64,000 nt of DNA from an uncultured Pseudomonadota bacterium (GCA_964651435.1 CAZYVU010000003.1:51269-115268); one strand, 5' to 3'; positions 37,504 to 47,459 are shown, counted from the first letter of the stretch. Notes: generated from the letters alone by a model not told the origin. Numbers and translations are program-made.

Positions 37504-40500
37504 AGGCTGAGCACCCTGCGTTCATCGACGTAAAGAAGAAACTTCCGTATCTCTTTGCCGGGATAGATGGCGGAAAGGAGCTGTCCGTAGCGCATGATCT
37601 GCGATTTGTGCTCAGCGCTTTCCGTTTCGCCCGTTTTGAAATCGATGACATCGATATGGTCTGCCGACACGATGACCCGATCGATCTTGTGCGTCTGTCC
37701 CGCGCCGTCGACCACCTCCAGTTCCGTGAGCACCGTCTCCCCTGCCCCCAATCGAAAAAAGGCTTCGAACCGGGGGTCCGAGAGGCACCCTTTCAGGAGC
37801 GACGCGACCTCTTCCGGGTCCGCCGCCCCCCGATGGCGGGCAAGCCCGGAGGCGACAGCGTCCCTCACCGTTTTACCTCCGTCTTCGCCCAGCGAGGCTA
37901 CGAGTGAGAGTATGTAGTGTATCAGATCGCCCTTTCTGCGAGCGGCCAGGCGGGCCCGCGAAAGGCCCGATCCGTCGGCGAGCTTGGACCGCATTCTATC
38001 TATCCAGTGAACGCCGTTGCCGGGAAGCCACGCCGCTTCGGGTGCACGGACCGGCGGCCGCTCCGGAGAATCGTGAGCCGAAGAGGGGGCTGCGACGTGC
38101 GGCGACAGGGGGGGCTCGATGCCGAAGGTGCAGGCCCTATCGGTCGTGCGATGTGCGGCCTCGCTGAGGGCAAAGCAATGATCGATGAGAAAGTTCCTTT
38201 GGCGTTTCGAGTCGGTGAGGAGGACATACAGTTCCCCCTTGGCCCTTGTAAGGGCCACATAGATACCGTTCAGCTCGTCGAGAAGGTATTCCGCCTCCCG
38301 CTGAGATGCGATCGCATCCAGTGCCGGCGAGCATGCCCGTAACGCTGCATTGATGTACAACAGGTGTGCCGATTGGCCCTCCCTGACGACGTACCGATTC
38401 TTGTCGGCGGCGTCTGATTGGGCGAAGTTCGTAAGCTTCAGAAAAGGAAGGATGACAAGGGGAAATTGAAGCCCCTTGGCCTTATGGATTGTGAGGACCT
38501 TGACGGCATCCGTTCCTTCAACGGCCTTCAGCAGAAACCTCTCCTCGCCTTCGCCGGTGCCCCGGTCATCGGGGTTTCCGTGCTCCCTCCAGAATCGCAC
38601 AAAGGTGCTGAGGCTGCCCGTGCTGCTGTCATCCGTTTGTTGCAGCATCTCGCAGAGGTGGAGCAGATAGGGCCGGTCATCGGGGAAGTTTTCCAGCACC
38701 CGGCAGCGCTTCAAGATGGTGAGGAGGAGCTCGTAGAGGGGGAAAAAGCCGGCATTTCGAACAAAGTAGGCCAGATGCTTTTCCCACAATGCAGGAAAGT
38801 CCCTTTGCAGAAAGCCGGCGAGGGGTATCCTCTCTTCCTCGAGACGCACCGTCTCGATCCAGCCGTGAAGGCATCCGCAAGGAAGCCCGGTAAGCTCTGT
38901 GAATATTTCTCCCTCAAGAAACGTGGCGAGCGATAGATCGTCGTCTATGGAATCGAGGAAGGAAAGAAGGGCCAGAACCTCCTTAACCAACCGATTGTTG
39001 CGCACGTCGACGGTCAGGTCGGATTCGACGGCTATGCCCATGGTGAGCAGGAGGTTGGCGACAAACTCCATCTCATCCCTCCGTCGGAGCAGGATTGCAA
39101 TGTCGGCGTCACGGATGGTCCCCCGGGAGCGTATCGCCCCGACAAGTTCCCTCATCCGCTCTCCCACGACACGGAACCGCTCATCCTTGGAGAATTGGTC
39201 TTGGACATCGTCATCGTCTCCGGGCACGACGACCCTCTCTACGGAAACATAGCCCAGGCCCGCGTTGGCACGTGTAAAGTCCTGGGCCGTATCATCATAG
39301 ACCGCCAGTATCCGACCCACCCCCTCGTGGTGGTCGCCAAGGATCCGCTGCAAGGTCTGCCGGAGGTTGTCACGATGAAAGAGGAGGTTGTTGAAGGCAA
39401 CGATATGCTCACCGCTGCGGTAGTTCGTGGTCAGGGCAATTTCCAGAGGGCTGAAGGAGCGGTAGCGGCTGAGGAGGTGGTCCACAAGGCCCGTATCGGC
39501 GCCGCGCCACCGGTAGATCGACTGTTTCTTGTCTCCTACGACAAAGAGCGTGCCCCCCCTGCTCAGCGCCTCGTCGGCAAGGACGGCTATGTTGTGCCAT
39601 TGCAGGCCGTTCGTGTCCTGAAACTCGTCGATGAGAAAATGGTGGTACCGGTCGGCAAGGCTGTAATAGACCTCCGGCACAAAGGAGGATCGGCCGACGA
39701 CGGCGCGAAGGAGCCGGTTGAGCTCCTCGATGAGGAGAAGACGCCTCCGGTACGTCAGCTCCTTTGTCAGGAAACCCTTGAAGACCCCGTAAATGTCCAG
39801 ATAGGACGAGAACTTGGAAGCCGCAAGCAGTTCTCCGTGGGACCCCAGGGCTTCTCGAAACTCTCTCCACCGGTCTTCCAGGGCCTCTTCGGGAAGCGCA
39901 CTGGCCTTGGTCACGGAAGCGGTGACGCTTGGCCTTTGGAGAAAGGCGCTGACCTTGAGCTGCGGGCCCGACGGGGGGGCGAACTGCTCAAGGGCCTTGA
40001 CGAACCCGGCATGGAGCTTCAGCCCCGGCGACGAGGATATGTGATCCCTGAGAGAGGCGACGAGGGACTCCAGGCGGCGTCCCGACTCGGTCATGCGCTT
40101 ACGCGTCGGCGCCGGGTTAAAGGCGGCGCTCTCCTTCGATTCCTCCTGCCACAAGAGGTCCATCATGGACCTCAGGAAGGCCTTTGGCACCCAACTGGCC
40201 CTCTCGCCCTCGAGCTCCAGGTAATTCGTCACGAAACGATCAAACTGCCGCCGGACGCGCTCGTCGTCAAGGATGTGCCGGAGTGTTTCGTTGAGCACGA
40301 TGTCGAAGTAGTCCGACGATCGCGTTGAAATCTCGAAATCAGGGGGCAGTTGAAGCTTGAAGGCCGAGGCCCTCAGGGTCAGATGAACGAAACTGTCTAT
40401 GGTGCTTACCTTGAAATCGTAGAAATGGCGCAACAGGTCATCGAATACCCTTGCCAGCCGTTCGGCCGCCGCTGCCTGAAGACGCTCCGTCCCCGTTGAG

Positions 40501-40781
40501 GGGTGGACCCCTTCGCCTTCGGTGAGCAGAAGCGTTAGGGGATTTTCCGCGCTATTGTCAAAAGAGATGCCCAGGATGACCCGTTTTATCCATTCGATAA
40601 TGCGCGAACGCATCTCTGCCGCGGCCTTGTTCGTAAAGGTAATGGCAAGGATGTTGCCGGGCCCGCACGGCTTCATCTTTTGGCCGAGCATGTCGGCAAG
40701 AAGTATGGAGAGGTAGCGACGGGTGAGGCTGAATGTCTTGCCTGACCCGGCCGAGGACTTGAGGGCTATGAACTGACTCAT
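37500..40781 (-). CDS. addA: AddA-like UvrD helicase-nuclease
   Basis: SAGSGKT, ILAITFTNKAAAEM, IDEFQDT, VGDKKQSIYRWRG, TIHKAKGL, YVALTRA, IDRV..IDFKTG. Confidence 0.92.
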   Translation of the reverse strand: MSQFIALKSSAGSGKTFSLTRRYLSILLADMLGQKMKPCGPGNILAITFTNKAAAEMRSRIIEWIKRVILGISFDNSAENPLTLLLTEGEGVHPSTGTERLQAAAAERLARVFDDLLRHFYDFKVSTIDSFVHLTLRASAFKLQLPPDFEISTRSSDYFDIVLNETLRHILDDERVRRQFDRFVTNYLELEGERASWVPKAFLRSMMDLLWQEESKESAAFNPAPTRKRMTESGRRLESLVASLRDHISSSPGLKLHAGFVKALEQFAPPSGPQLKVSAFLQRPSVTASVTKASALPEEALEDRWREFREALGSHGELLAASKFSSYLDIYGVFKGFLTKELTYRRRLLLIEELNRLLRAVVGRSSFVPEVYYSLADRYHHFLIDEFQDTNGLQWHNIAVLADEALSRGGTLFVVGDKKQSIYRWRGADTGLVDHLLSRYRSFSPLEIALTTNYRSGEHIVAFNNLLFHRDNLRQTLQRILGDHHEGVGRILAVYDDTAQDFTRANAGLGYVSVERVVVPGDDDDVQDQFSKDERFRVVGERMRELVGAIRSRGTIRDADIAILLRRRDEMEFVANLLLTMGIAVESDLTVDVRNNRLVKEVLALLSFLDSIDDDLSLATFLEGEIFTELTGLPCGCLHGWIETVRLEEERIPLAGFLQRDFPALWEKHLAYFVRNAGFFPLYELLLTILKRCRVLENFPDDRPYLLHLCEMLQQTDDSSTGSLSTFVRFWREHGNPDDRGTGEGEERFLLKAVEGTDAVKVLTIHKAKGLQFPLVILPFLKLTNFAQSDAADKNRYVVREGQSAHLLYINAALRACSPALDAIASQREAEYLLDELNGIYVALTRAKGELYVLLTDSKRQRNFLIDHCFALSEAAHRTTDRACTFGIEPPLSPHVAAPSSAHDSPERPPVRAPEAAWLPGNGVHWIDRMRSKLADGSGLSRARLAARRKGDLIHYILSLVASLGEDGGKTVRDAVASGLARHRGAADPEEVASLLKGCLSDPRFEAFFRLGAGETVLTELEVVDGAGQTHKIDRVIVSADHIDVIDFKTGETESAEHKSQIMRYGQLLSAIYPGKEIRKFLLYVDERRVLSL

Positions 40782-40909
40782 GGGCTGTGAGCTAAGGCCT
40801 CTGAAGCTATGTCGTTATGTCGCTGCCCGAGCTTCAGACCGGGTACGGCCCGGCCGCAGCCGCCCTCCGACGAATATGACAACCGGGGAGCGTTTCGTCA
40901 GCCAAAGGG

Positions 40910-41926
40910 TCAGCGGCCTTCGTAGTCGCCCTGCTGGGTAATACCCGAGAGCACCCACTGCTTGTCCCCCACTTTTCGCGAAAAGGTCCAGTACTCGAGA
41001 AACTTTACGGGGTTGGAGGCGCTTCCCGAAACGACATCGCCCGTGGACTCGCTGACAACGTAGTCCAGAAGACTTGCTGTAAACTTGACCGTTATGTACT
41101 CCTCGCCGCGGTCCTGGGCGGCATCGACGATCTCGACGCTGCGGACTGCCACATTCTCCAGGCGGTTGAACTGCTTATCGGCGACGTACCGGTTTGCGTC
41201 GGCCTGCAGGACGTTGAGCATCTCGGCTGACAAGAGCTGGCGGGCGGGGCCGAGGTCCCGTTTGGTCCAGGCGCTCTGAATCCTGAAGAAGAGATCTTCC
41301 GCCGTTTCCCTGAAGGCGCTTTCGCTGAAACCGGGGTCCATCTCTGCAATATGGCGGAGGCCCCTGCCCAGCCCGTCTCCAGGCTCATCCGCCTCCTGAG
41401 GCTCCCCGGAGTATGTTCCGGCCTGCGGCTGGTCGTAGGCGTACGGTGCGTAGCCGGCGCCGGCGCTGCTCATCTGCATGGCCTCCCGGCGAGCCCGGAA
41501 GCGCTTGACGATGAAATAAACGATGCCGAGAATGACAAGAACGATGATGAGGTCCCCCATGCCGAAACCCCCGGTGCCACCCCATCCGGCCGCCTGACCG
41601 TGGCCACCGAAGAGCAGGCTTCCTATCATCCCGCCCAGAAAGAGGCCTCCAAGACCGTACATAAGTCCCCTTCCGATGCCCGACGAGGGCTGCTGCAGAG
41701 GTCTCTGCTGGGTCATGCCCGACCGGGGCTGCGTGGGTTGCCTGGAGGGAGAGGTGGGCGTTGAGCGCTGGAAGGAGCCCCCCGACGAAAAGCCCCGGCT
41801 TCCCGAGGAGCGTCCCCCGCCTACGCGCGCGTGGACAGCCGTCTCCATGGCCAAGCAGATAAAAAAGAACACGGCAAAACCTAAGACGCAGTATATAAAT
41901 CGGTTTTTTGCAGCCTTTCTTGTCAT
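40910..41926 (-). CDS. Tim44-domain protein
   Basis: ARVGGGRSSG-type N-terminus, Gly-rich TM region, Tim44 core (IQSAWTKRD, EYWTF); start ATG 41926. Confidence 0.88.
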   Translation of the reverse strand: MTRKAAKNRFIYCVLGFAVFFFICLAMETAVHARVGGGRSSGSRGFSSGGSFQRSTPTSPSRQPTQPRSGMTQQRPLQQPSSGIGRGLMYGLGGLFLGGMIGSLLFGGHGQAAGWGGTGGFGMGDLIIVLVILGIVYFIVKRFRARREAMQMSSAGAGYAPYAYDQPQAGTYSGEPQEADEPGDGLGRGLRHIAEMDPGFSESAFRETAEDLFFRIQSAWTKRDLGPARQLLSAEMLNVLQADANRYVADKQFNRLENVAVRSVEIVDAAQDRGEEYITVKFTASLLDYVVSESTGDVVSGSASNPVKFLEYWTFSRKVGDKQWVLSGITQQGDYEGR

Positions 41927-42084
41927 GATAACCCCCTGGGTAGTCTCGTCATTGAGCGTTAAGGATATCAAACACCGGGGGGGCGTGTCAAAAAGGTCCG
42001 GGGCGCCCGTTGCCCCCGCATCTTCTGTTGTCAAAAGGGGGCGACTCCGGCTATGATAAGAGGAAAGCCCTGCGGGAGTAAATC

Positions 42085-43467
42085 ATGAAGATTCGTTTTT
42101 TGGGTGCGGCAAGGACGGTAACCGGCTCGTGTTACCATCTCGCGCTGGACGGAACACAGGTGCTGGTGGATTGCGGCATGTACCAGGGCAGGCGAGGCGA
42201 CGAGATGAACAGCAAGACGTTTCAGTTCAATCCGTCGGATATCGATTATGCGCTCCTCACCCACGCCCATATAGACCATTCCGGCCTGCTCCCCAGGCTG
42301 GTAGCCCAAGGTTTCGGAGGGCCGATCATAGCCACCCCGGCAACGGCCGACCTCTGCGAGATCATGCTTCTCGATTCGGCTGTGATCCAGGAAAAGGACG
42401 CCGAGTGGATGACGAAAAAGGCCATGAGGATGGGTAGGAACGTAACCTATGAGCCCCTCTACACGCAGGACGACGTTAAGGCCGTCATTCCGCGCTTTCG
42501 AAGACAGGACTACGGTCGCGTCGAGGTCCTGGAGCAGGGCCTCGAGGTCCGTTTCGTCGACGCCGGGCATATCCTCGGGTCCGGAACGCTGGAGGTCTGG
42601 TATCCTTCCGCAGAAGGAAAAAAGAAGATTGTTTTTTCGGGCGACATCGGGAAGAGCGAAAACCCGATTATCAAGGACCCCGAGACAGTGGCCGAGGCCG
42701 ATTATGTCGTCGTCGAGTCCACCTACGGCAATCGCTTCCACAAGGACCTGGAAAAAAGCATCGAGGAGCTTATCGATGCCATCATTGGAACGTTCCGGCG
42801 GGGCGGTAACGTCCTCATCCCATCCTTTGCCGTGGGGAGAACGCAGGACCTCCTGTACATCTTCAACAAGCTCGTCGGCGAGGGGAGGTTGCCCCCTCTC
42901 GATGTTTTTGTCGACAGCCCCCTGGCGCAGCGGGCCACGACCGTTTATGCATCGCACCCTGAGCTTTACGATGCCGAGGCGATGGCCTTTATGCGTTCCG
43001 GCAGGCAGGGAAAGCTGCGCATCCATTTCACGACGTCCGTCGAGGAGTCCCAGAAGATCAACAGGATTAAGTCCGGCGCCATCATTATGGCCGGCAGCGG
43101 CATGTGTGAGGGCGGCAGGATTCGCCACCATTTCAAACACAATCTCTGGCGGTCGGAGTGCAGCATCATCTTTGTGGGGTACCAGGCATACGGCACGCTC
43201 GGGCGCGCTATTGTGGACGGCGCGAAAAAGGTGCACGTTCTGGGTGAGGAGATCGCCGTCCGGGCAAAGGTCTTCACGATCGGGGGTTTCTCGGCCCATG
43301 CCGACCAGGGTGAGCTCATCGAATGGCTATCCGCCTTCAAGAACCGTCCGGAGGTCTTCATCGTCCATGGCGAGGAAAAGGCGGCCCTGGAGTTCGAAAA
43401 GGTTGTTCGCTCCCGGCTCGACCTCTCTACGCGGATTCCGTTCAAGGGGGAGGAGTTTATTATTTGA
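42085..43467 (+). CDS. MBL-fold beta-CASP metallo-hydrolase (putative RNase, YSH1-like)
   Basis: VTGSCY, THAHIDHSG, AGHILGS, ESTYG, GGRIRHH, FSAHADQ, VHGE. Confidence 0.92.
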   Translation: MKIRFLGAARTVTGSCYHLALDGTQVLVDCGMYQGRRGDEMNSKTFQFNPSDIDYALLTHAHIDHSGLLPRLVAQGFGGPIIATPATADLCEIMLLDSAVIQEKDAEWMTKKAMRMGRNVTYEPLYTQDDVKAVIPRFRRQDYGRVEVLEQGLEVRFVDAGHILGSGTLEVWYPSAEGKKKIVFSGDIGKSENPIIKDPETVAEADYVVVESTYGNRFHKDLEKSIEELIDAIIGTFRRGGNVLIPSFAVGRTQDLLYIFNKLVGEGRLPPLDVFVDSPLAQRATTVYASHPELYDAEAMAFMRSGRQGKLRIHFTTSVEESQKINRIKSGAIIMAGSGMCEGGRIRHHFKHNLWRSECSIIFVGYQAYGTLGRAIVDGAKKVHVLGEEIAVRAKVFTIGGFSAHADQGELIEWLSAFKNRPEVFIVHGEEKAALEFEKVVRSRLDLSTRIPFKGEEFII

Positions 43468-43590
43468 TTGATGCCGGAAGCGAACCGGAGGACCGGGGCG
43501 TGGCCGGGAAAGGGTCGATTTGAGGATCTTCGCTACACATAGAATAGGGTATTGCCACCAAAGCGCCGGTGGTGGGGAGGGAAAGGGCCG

Positions 43591-44718
43591 ATGAGAATTG
43601 ACAGCAGGAGACTACAACATATCGACTGGTTTCTTGTTATCAATGGAATGCTCATATTCGGCGTTGGACTGATCAACCTCGTAAGCGCCACGAGCGGATT
43701 CTATAGCGGGTCGCTCAACTTTATCATGAAGCAGCTCATAGCCTTCTGCGGTGGCCTCATTGCCATAGGTTTCATAGCTAAAATGGATTACAAGGCCATA
43801 TCGGAATACGCATTGTACGCATACCTTCTCGTCCTGGCTCTCGTTCTCGCCGTCCTCATCTGGGGTGCGGCCATCAGCGGTTCGCGACGATGGTTCGTCT
43901 TGTTCGGCTTTAGCCTTCAACCCTCGGAACTCATGAAGCCCGTGCTCGTCCTCATGCTTGCTGGCATGTTTCACAGGCAGAAGGAACAGGGGATTCCTCT
44001 CGGCTGGCTCGACGTGGGTAAGGGCCTTGCCGTTATTATGGTGCCCGTTTTTCTTGTCATCGCTCAGCCCGATCTGGGAACGGGGATTATTCTCTTGGTC
44101 ACGGGAATGGCCGTCCTTTGGTTTGTGGGCATGCGGCGCTCGGTTTACGTTACCTTTTCGAGCCTGACGCTCGGGTTTATTCTCTCCCTCCCCTACGTCA
44201 TCCATTACGTGCTCAAGCCTTATCAGATGGCCCGTATCAAGACGTGGCTGAGCATCCTTATGGGCCAGCCCGTCGACACGTCGGGGGCGGGCTACCACGC
44301 CCGCCAGGCCATGATTGCCGTGGGTTCGGGAAAGCTGTTCGGCAAGGGGTACATGGCCGGGACGCAACACAAACTCCAGTTTATTCCCGAGCACCACACG
44401 GATTTTGCCTTTACCGTCATAGCCGAGGAATGGGGTTTCGTGGGTGCCCTTGCCCTCCTTGCCCTCTTCGGCTCCTTCATAGCCCGCTGTCTCAAGGTGG
44501 CCAAGGAGGCTAACGACGGTCTGGCGGCGACGATCGTCTTCGGCGTCACGGCGATGATCTTTTTTCAGTTCGCCATAAATATCCTCATGACCGTCCAGAT
44601 ATTTCCCGTCGTCGGTGTACCGCTACCCTTCATCAGCTACGGGGGTTCGTCTCTCCTGTCGACCCTCATGGCCGTCGGGCTCATTATCAACATTCGGATG
44701 CGTCGATACATGTTCTAA
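43591..44718 (+). CDS. rodA: Rod shape-determining SEDS protein RodA
   Basis: GSRRW..QPSELMK, QPDLGTG, GYHARQAMIAVGSG, PEHHTDF, PLPFISYGGSS; start ATG 43591. Confidence 0.92.
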   Translation: MRIDSRRLQHIDWFLVINGMLIFGVGLINLVSATSGFYSGSLNFIMKQLIAFCGGLIAIGFIAKMDYKAISEYALYAYLLVLALVLAVLIWGAAISGSRRWFVLFGFSLQPSELMKPVLVLMLAGMFHRQKEQGIPLGWLDVGKGLAVIMVPVFLVIAQPDLGTGIILLVTGMAVLWFVGMRRSVYVTFSSLTLGFILSLPYVIHYVLKPYQMARIKTWLSILMGQPVDTSGAGYHARQAMIAVGSGKLFGKGYMAGTQHKLQFIPEHHTDFAFTVIAEEWGFVGALALLALFGSFIARCLKVAKEANDGLAATIVFGVTAMIFFQFAINILMTVQIFPVVGVPLPFISYGGSSLLSTLMAVGLIINIRMRRYMF

Positions 44719-44722
44719 CCGG

Positions 44723-45748
44723 TTACCGGCGTCTGTTGAGAAAGTTGCCCCGGAGGTAGGCCCACTCGGAGGAGTCCATCTCCCACTCACTGTACAGCGC
44801 TATGCCGCCATAAGCCGGAGGCATTACCTTCAAATCGGTAAGGCCCCGGTGGACGCCCGAGAGGGCGTTCTGAAGATTTTCTACGCGTGAGAAGTGATGC
44901 CGCGCACCCTTGCCTTCGTAAACAGGCAGGCCGAGGAGAACGTCCGTGTGCCCGGCCCAGGTCAGGGCCTCCTTCGTCCACGTTGATATAAGGTGGATGT
45001 AAGGCTTTTGGATGCGGAGGCCCGTGTCGTACATCATAATGACCATCTGATCCACTTCCTGTGCCACTACCTTAAAGTAGCCTTCCTGCCAGTGCACCCT
45101 CGGAAAGGGGTGGAGGACGGTTGGCGGCGGGTAGGCGGCAACGGAGAGAATGGCGTCCTGGGGCAGAGCCCGGCGTAATTCAGCAAGGAGCTTGACAAAA
45201 TCACCGTTGCCCGTGGGTACGGGCTCCACATTGACGTGGATGCCCGCGAAGGCAGGGTAGGAGGTGATAAGATTGACAACGGAAGTGACGAAGTTCCTTC
45301 TCCACTCCGGCGAACCGAGAAAGACCTGCTTGCCGAGAATGCCTCCAACCCAGGGGATGATCCGAAATCCGGCCATTTCTTCCAGGAAGAGTTCCGTCTG
45401 GGCCCTATCGACGGCCGGAATGGTGCCGTCAGGGGAGCACGGACACAAATGGGGGAAGACGTAAAGAATGCGGTGGTCATCGAGGAGCCTTCCGAGGCCC
45501 TGTATGCTGGCCCTGTTCCGAAAGGGTGCCGGATCTTTTTTGGCCTTGCCAAACCATTCATCGTCGCCCAGCCATCCGTGCTGAACCCATATACCGTTGG
45601 TGCCAAGGTCGTATCTCCCGTCCGTCACCACGACGCCCGGCCTCCAGGCGAGATACATCGCCGCCACGAGGGCGGACAGGATCAGCAACGCTGCCGCCGA
45701 GGCGGCGAGCCACAGCAAAAGTCTGTTGTGCGAGCCCTTCCGTCGCAT
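44723..45748 (-). CDS. Membrane-anchored GH18-like TIM-barrel protein
   Basis: N-terminal TM, GIHVNVEP (DxDxE-like), IMMYDT, LLGLPVY, GIALYSEW. Confidence 0.6.
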   Translation of the reverse strand: MRRKGSHNRLLLWLAASAAALLILSALVAAMYLAWRPGVVVTDGRYDLGTNGIWVQHGWLGDDEWFGKAKKDPAPFRNRASIQGLGRLLDDHRILYVFPHLCPCSPDGTIPAVDRAQTELFLEEMAGFRIIPWVGGILGKQVFLGSPEWRRNFVTSVVNLITSYPAFAGIHVNVEPVPTGNGDFVKLLAELRRALPQDAILSVAAYPPPTVLHPFPRVHWQEGYFKVVAQEVDQMVIMMYDTGLRIQKPYIHLISTWTKEALTWAGHTDVLLGLPVYEGKGARHHFSRVENLQNALSGVHRGLTDLKVMPPAYGGIALYSEWEMDSSEWAYLRGNFLNRRR

Positions 45749-45875
45749 GCCCCATTGTTCCATAGTCGTCAACCAAAAGTATGCCATTGCCGAAAGGGCA
45801 TTTGCAACGTTAAGGAAGTGGGGAGGCGGCGGAGGCCCCCTTGCGATCCCGTGAAGCCGGTCTTATATTCGGTTC

Positions 45876-46118
45876 ATGACGACAAAAGAAAAAGAACTGA
45901 TAAAAACGTATTCTGAGGAAGCTTTCCGGGGAAGAACAATACGGCAGGATCTTCCGGTATGCGACTGCGGCAAGTTATACGACGAGAAACAGCTTTGCGA
46001 AGCACCGGGGGTCTTTTTCAAGGAGCTCGAGGTGTTCGGTAAAACCTATCATCTCATAGAGCCCGTGTGCCCTATCTGCAAGAAGAAGATCCCGGCCAGC
46101 TTCTTTGTTCTTAATTGA
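45876..46118 (+). CDS. Small Cys-containing hypothetical protein (possible Zn ribbon)
   Basis: CDCG and CPIC motifs; fills an intergenic gap, protein-like composition. Confidence 0.65.
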   Translation: MTTKEKELIKTYSEEAFRGRTIRQDLPVCDCGKLYDEKQLCEAPGVFFKELEVFGKTYHLIEPVCPICKKKIPASFFVLN

Positions 46119-46170
46119 CGGATTCCCCCGCGGGCAGGAATGGCCGGGAACCCAGTGCAGGGGATAGGTG

Positions 46171-46620
46171 CTATGACTGGTTGTGAATGCTGCCCAGGCG
46201 CCGTTTCAACTCCATGACGAACTCAAGAGGCGCGTCTACCATCCTTACGATTGTGCGGATGCGCTTGCCGTGAATGATGATCAGCTTGCCGAAGTTGAGC
46301 ATCGCACCCAACGAGGGCTGATAGAGGTCCACAAACGAAATGTCTTTCAGAAGGACATCGTAGTTTCTCCGTAAAAGAAATCCCGTTCGAATGTGGATCC
46401 GGTCGCTGCTGAGGGTGATGGCAGAGCGCTGGTATGTCATATAGGAGATTGCGCCCCAGAGAGCCCCAATGGCCATGAAAACGAGGGCTGCCGTACCCTT
46501 CGACTGTAAGGAGAGTCCCCCGAAGATGAATACCAACGCCGGGCCAAGAAATACAGCCCAGTGGAGGCGCGCCACCACTGTCGGCTTTCCGGATAAGTTT
46601 CCTGATGTCTCATCCTGCAT
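46171..46620 (-). CDS. Bacterial PH-domain (bPH_2-like) membrane protein
   Basis: ARLHWAVF, two TM, DRIHIRTGFL, QPSLGAMLNFGKLII; start ATG 46620. Confidence 0.72.
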   Translation of the reverse strand: MQDETSGNLSGKPTVVARLHWAVFLGPALVFIFGGLSLQSKGTAALVFMAIGALWGAISYMTYQRSAITLSSDRIHIRTGFLLRRNYDVLLKDISFVDLYQPSLGAMLNFGKLIIIHGKRIRTIVRMVDAPLEFVMELKRRLGSIHNQS

Positions 46621-46731
46621 GGTCTTGTAATATAGCACACCTTGGTATATAAGCGTAGGTATCGCACGCAATTGTGCCAGGGTTGTTGAAGGTGCAGAAA
46701 GAGGGTGCGGAAATATGCCAAAGGGGTTGCC

Positions 46732-47406
46732 ATGACCGCTGTAAGCCTCCTGCCCGCAGAATTGAAGGCCGTCGAGGAGCATAAACATTATTTATCCGAT
46801 CAACAGGGAAGGCCGGTAAGCTTTGAGGAGGCGCTCGATGATTTTTTCAGGAACTATCGCAGTGATTGGCTCAGGGAGAAGCAGAGAAGGGACAACGAGG
46901 AGCAGATAAGGGAGATAGAGCGGCACAAGTGGATCGTATCGGAAAGGGTGGGGTACGATATCGGCACGCAGGAGGCCTCGGCCGACTGGATCGAAAAGTA
47001 CGCTCGCATATGGCGCAGCTACAAGGAATCACTGGAGCACAACGGCTTTCTGGAGCTGCGGATGGTCGTCGAGAGAGGAGAGGGGTTACGGGTGCAGAGG
47101 GACTCGCCCTTTCTGAGGACCATTGCTTCCTTTGACTGTGACTGCTATTTCCACAGCCCGGGAATGGAGTACTACAACCTGGTAATGGACGGAAAAGGCT
47201 ATCTTCATGTGAAGTCGATCCTCGCCGTTAAAGAATTTTCTGTGCCGCCGGGCGAGGTGGTTGAGTTCATCGCCACGGGCAGAGAGGCCAAAAAGGCACT
47301 CGACGCCGTCCGGAGGGCCATACGCGAGCCTGGCTCCGATGAAGACCCCTCACCGGCACTGCCGGGAGAAGGGGGCGACATTTCAGAGACGTGGTGCATT
47401 TACTAA
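46732..47406 (+). CDS. Tandem DUF4032-like repeats fused to an HPr-fold domain lacking His15
   Basis: EEHKHYLS and ERHKWIVSE..GYDIG..A..DW repeats; C-terminal GLRV..FLRT..FDCD..KSILAV..GE..IATG.EA..ALDAV aligns with HPr. Confidence 0.75.
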   Translation: MTAVSLLPAELKAVEEHKHYLSDQQGRPVSFEEALDDFFRNYRSDWLREKQRRDNEEQIREIERHKWIVSERVGYDIGTQEASADWIEKYARIWRSYKESLEHNGFLELRMVVERGEGLRVQRDSPFLRTIASFDCDCYFHSPGMEYYNLVMDGKGYLHVKSILAVKEFSVPPGEVVEFIATGREAKKALDAVRRAIREPGSDEDPSPALPGEGGDISETWCIY

Positions 47407-47459
47407 GGTGTTTTCCTTCCCCGGTAATTCTGTTACAATGAAACGTGCAAGGAGGAGCT

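Noticed and set aside
46666-46680. Sigma54-like TGGCAC sites near 46670 (minus) and 59187 (plus)
   Set aside because: GG-N10-GC spacing is wrong in both
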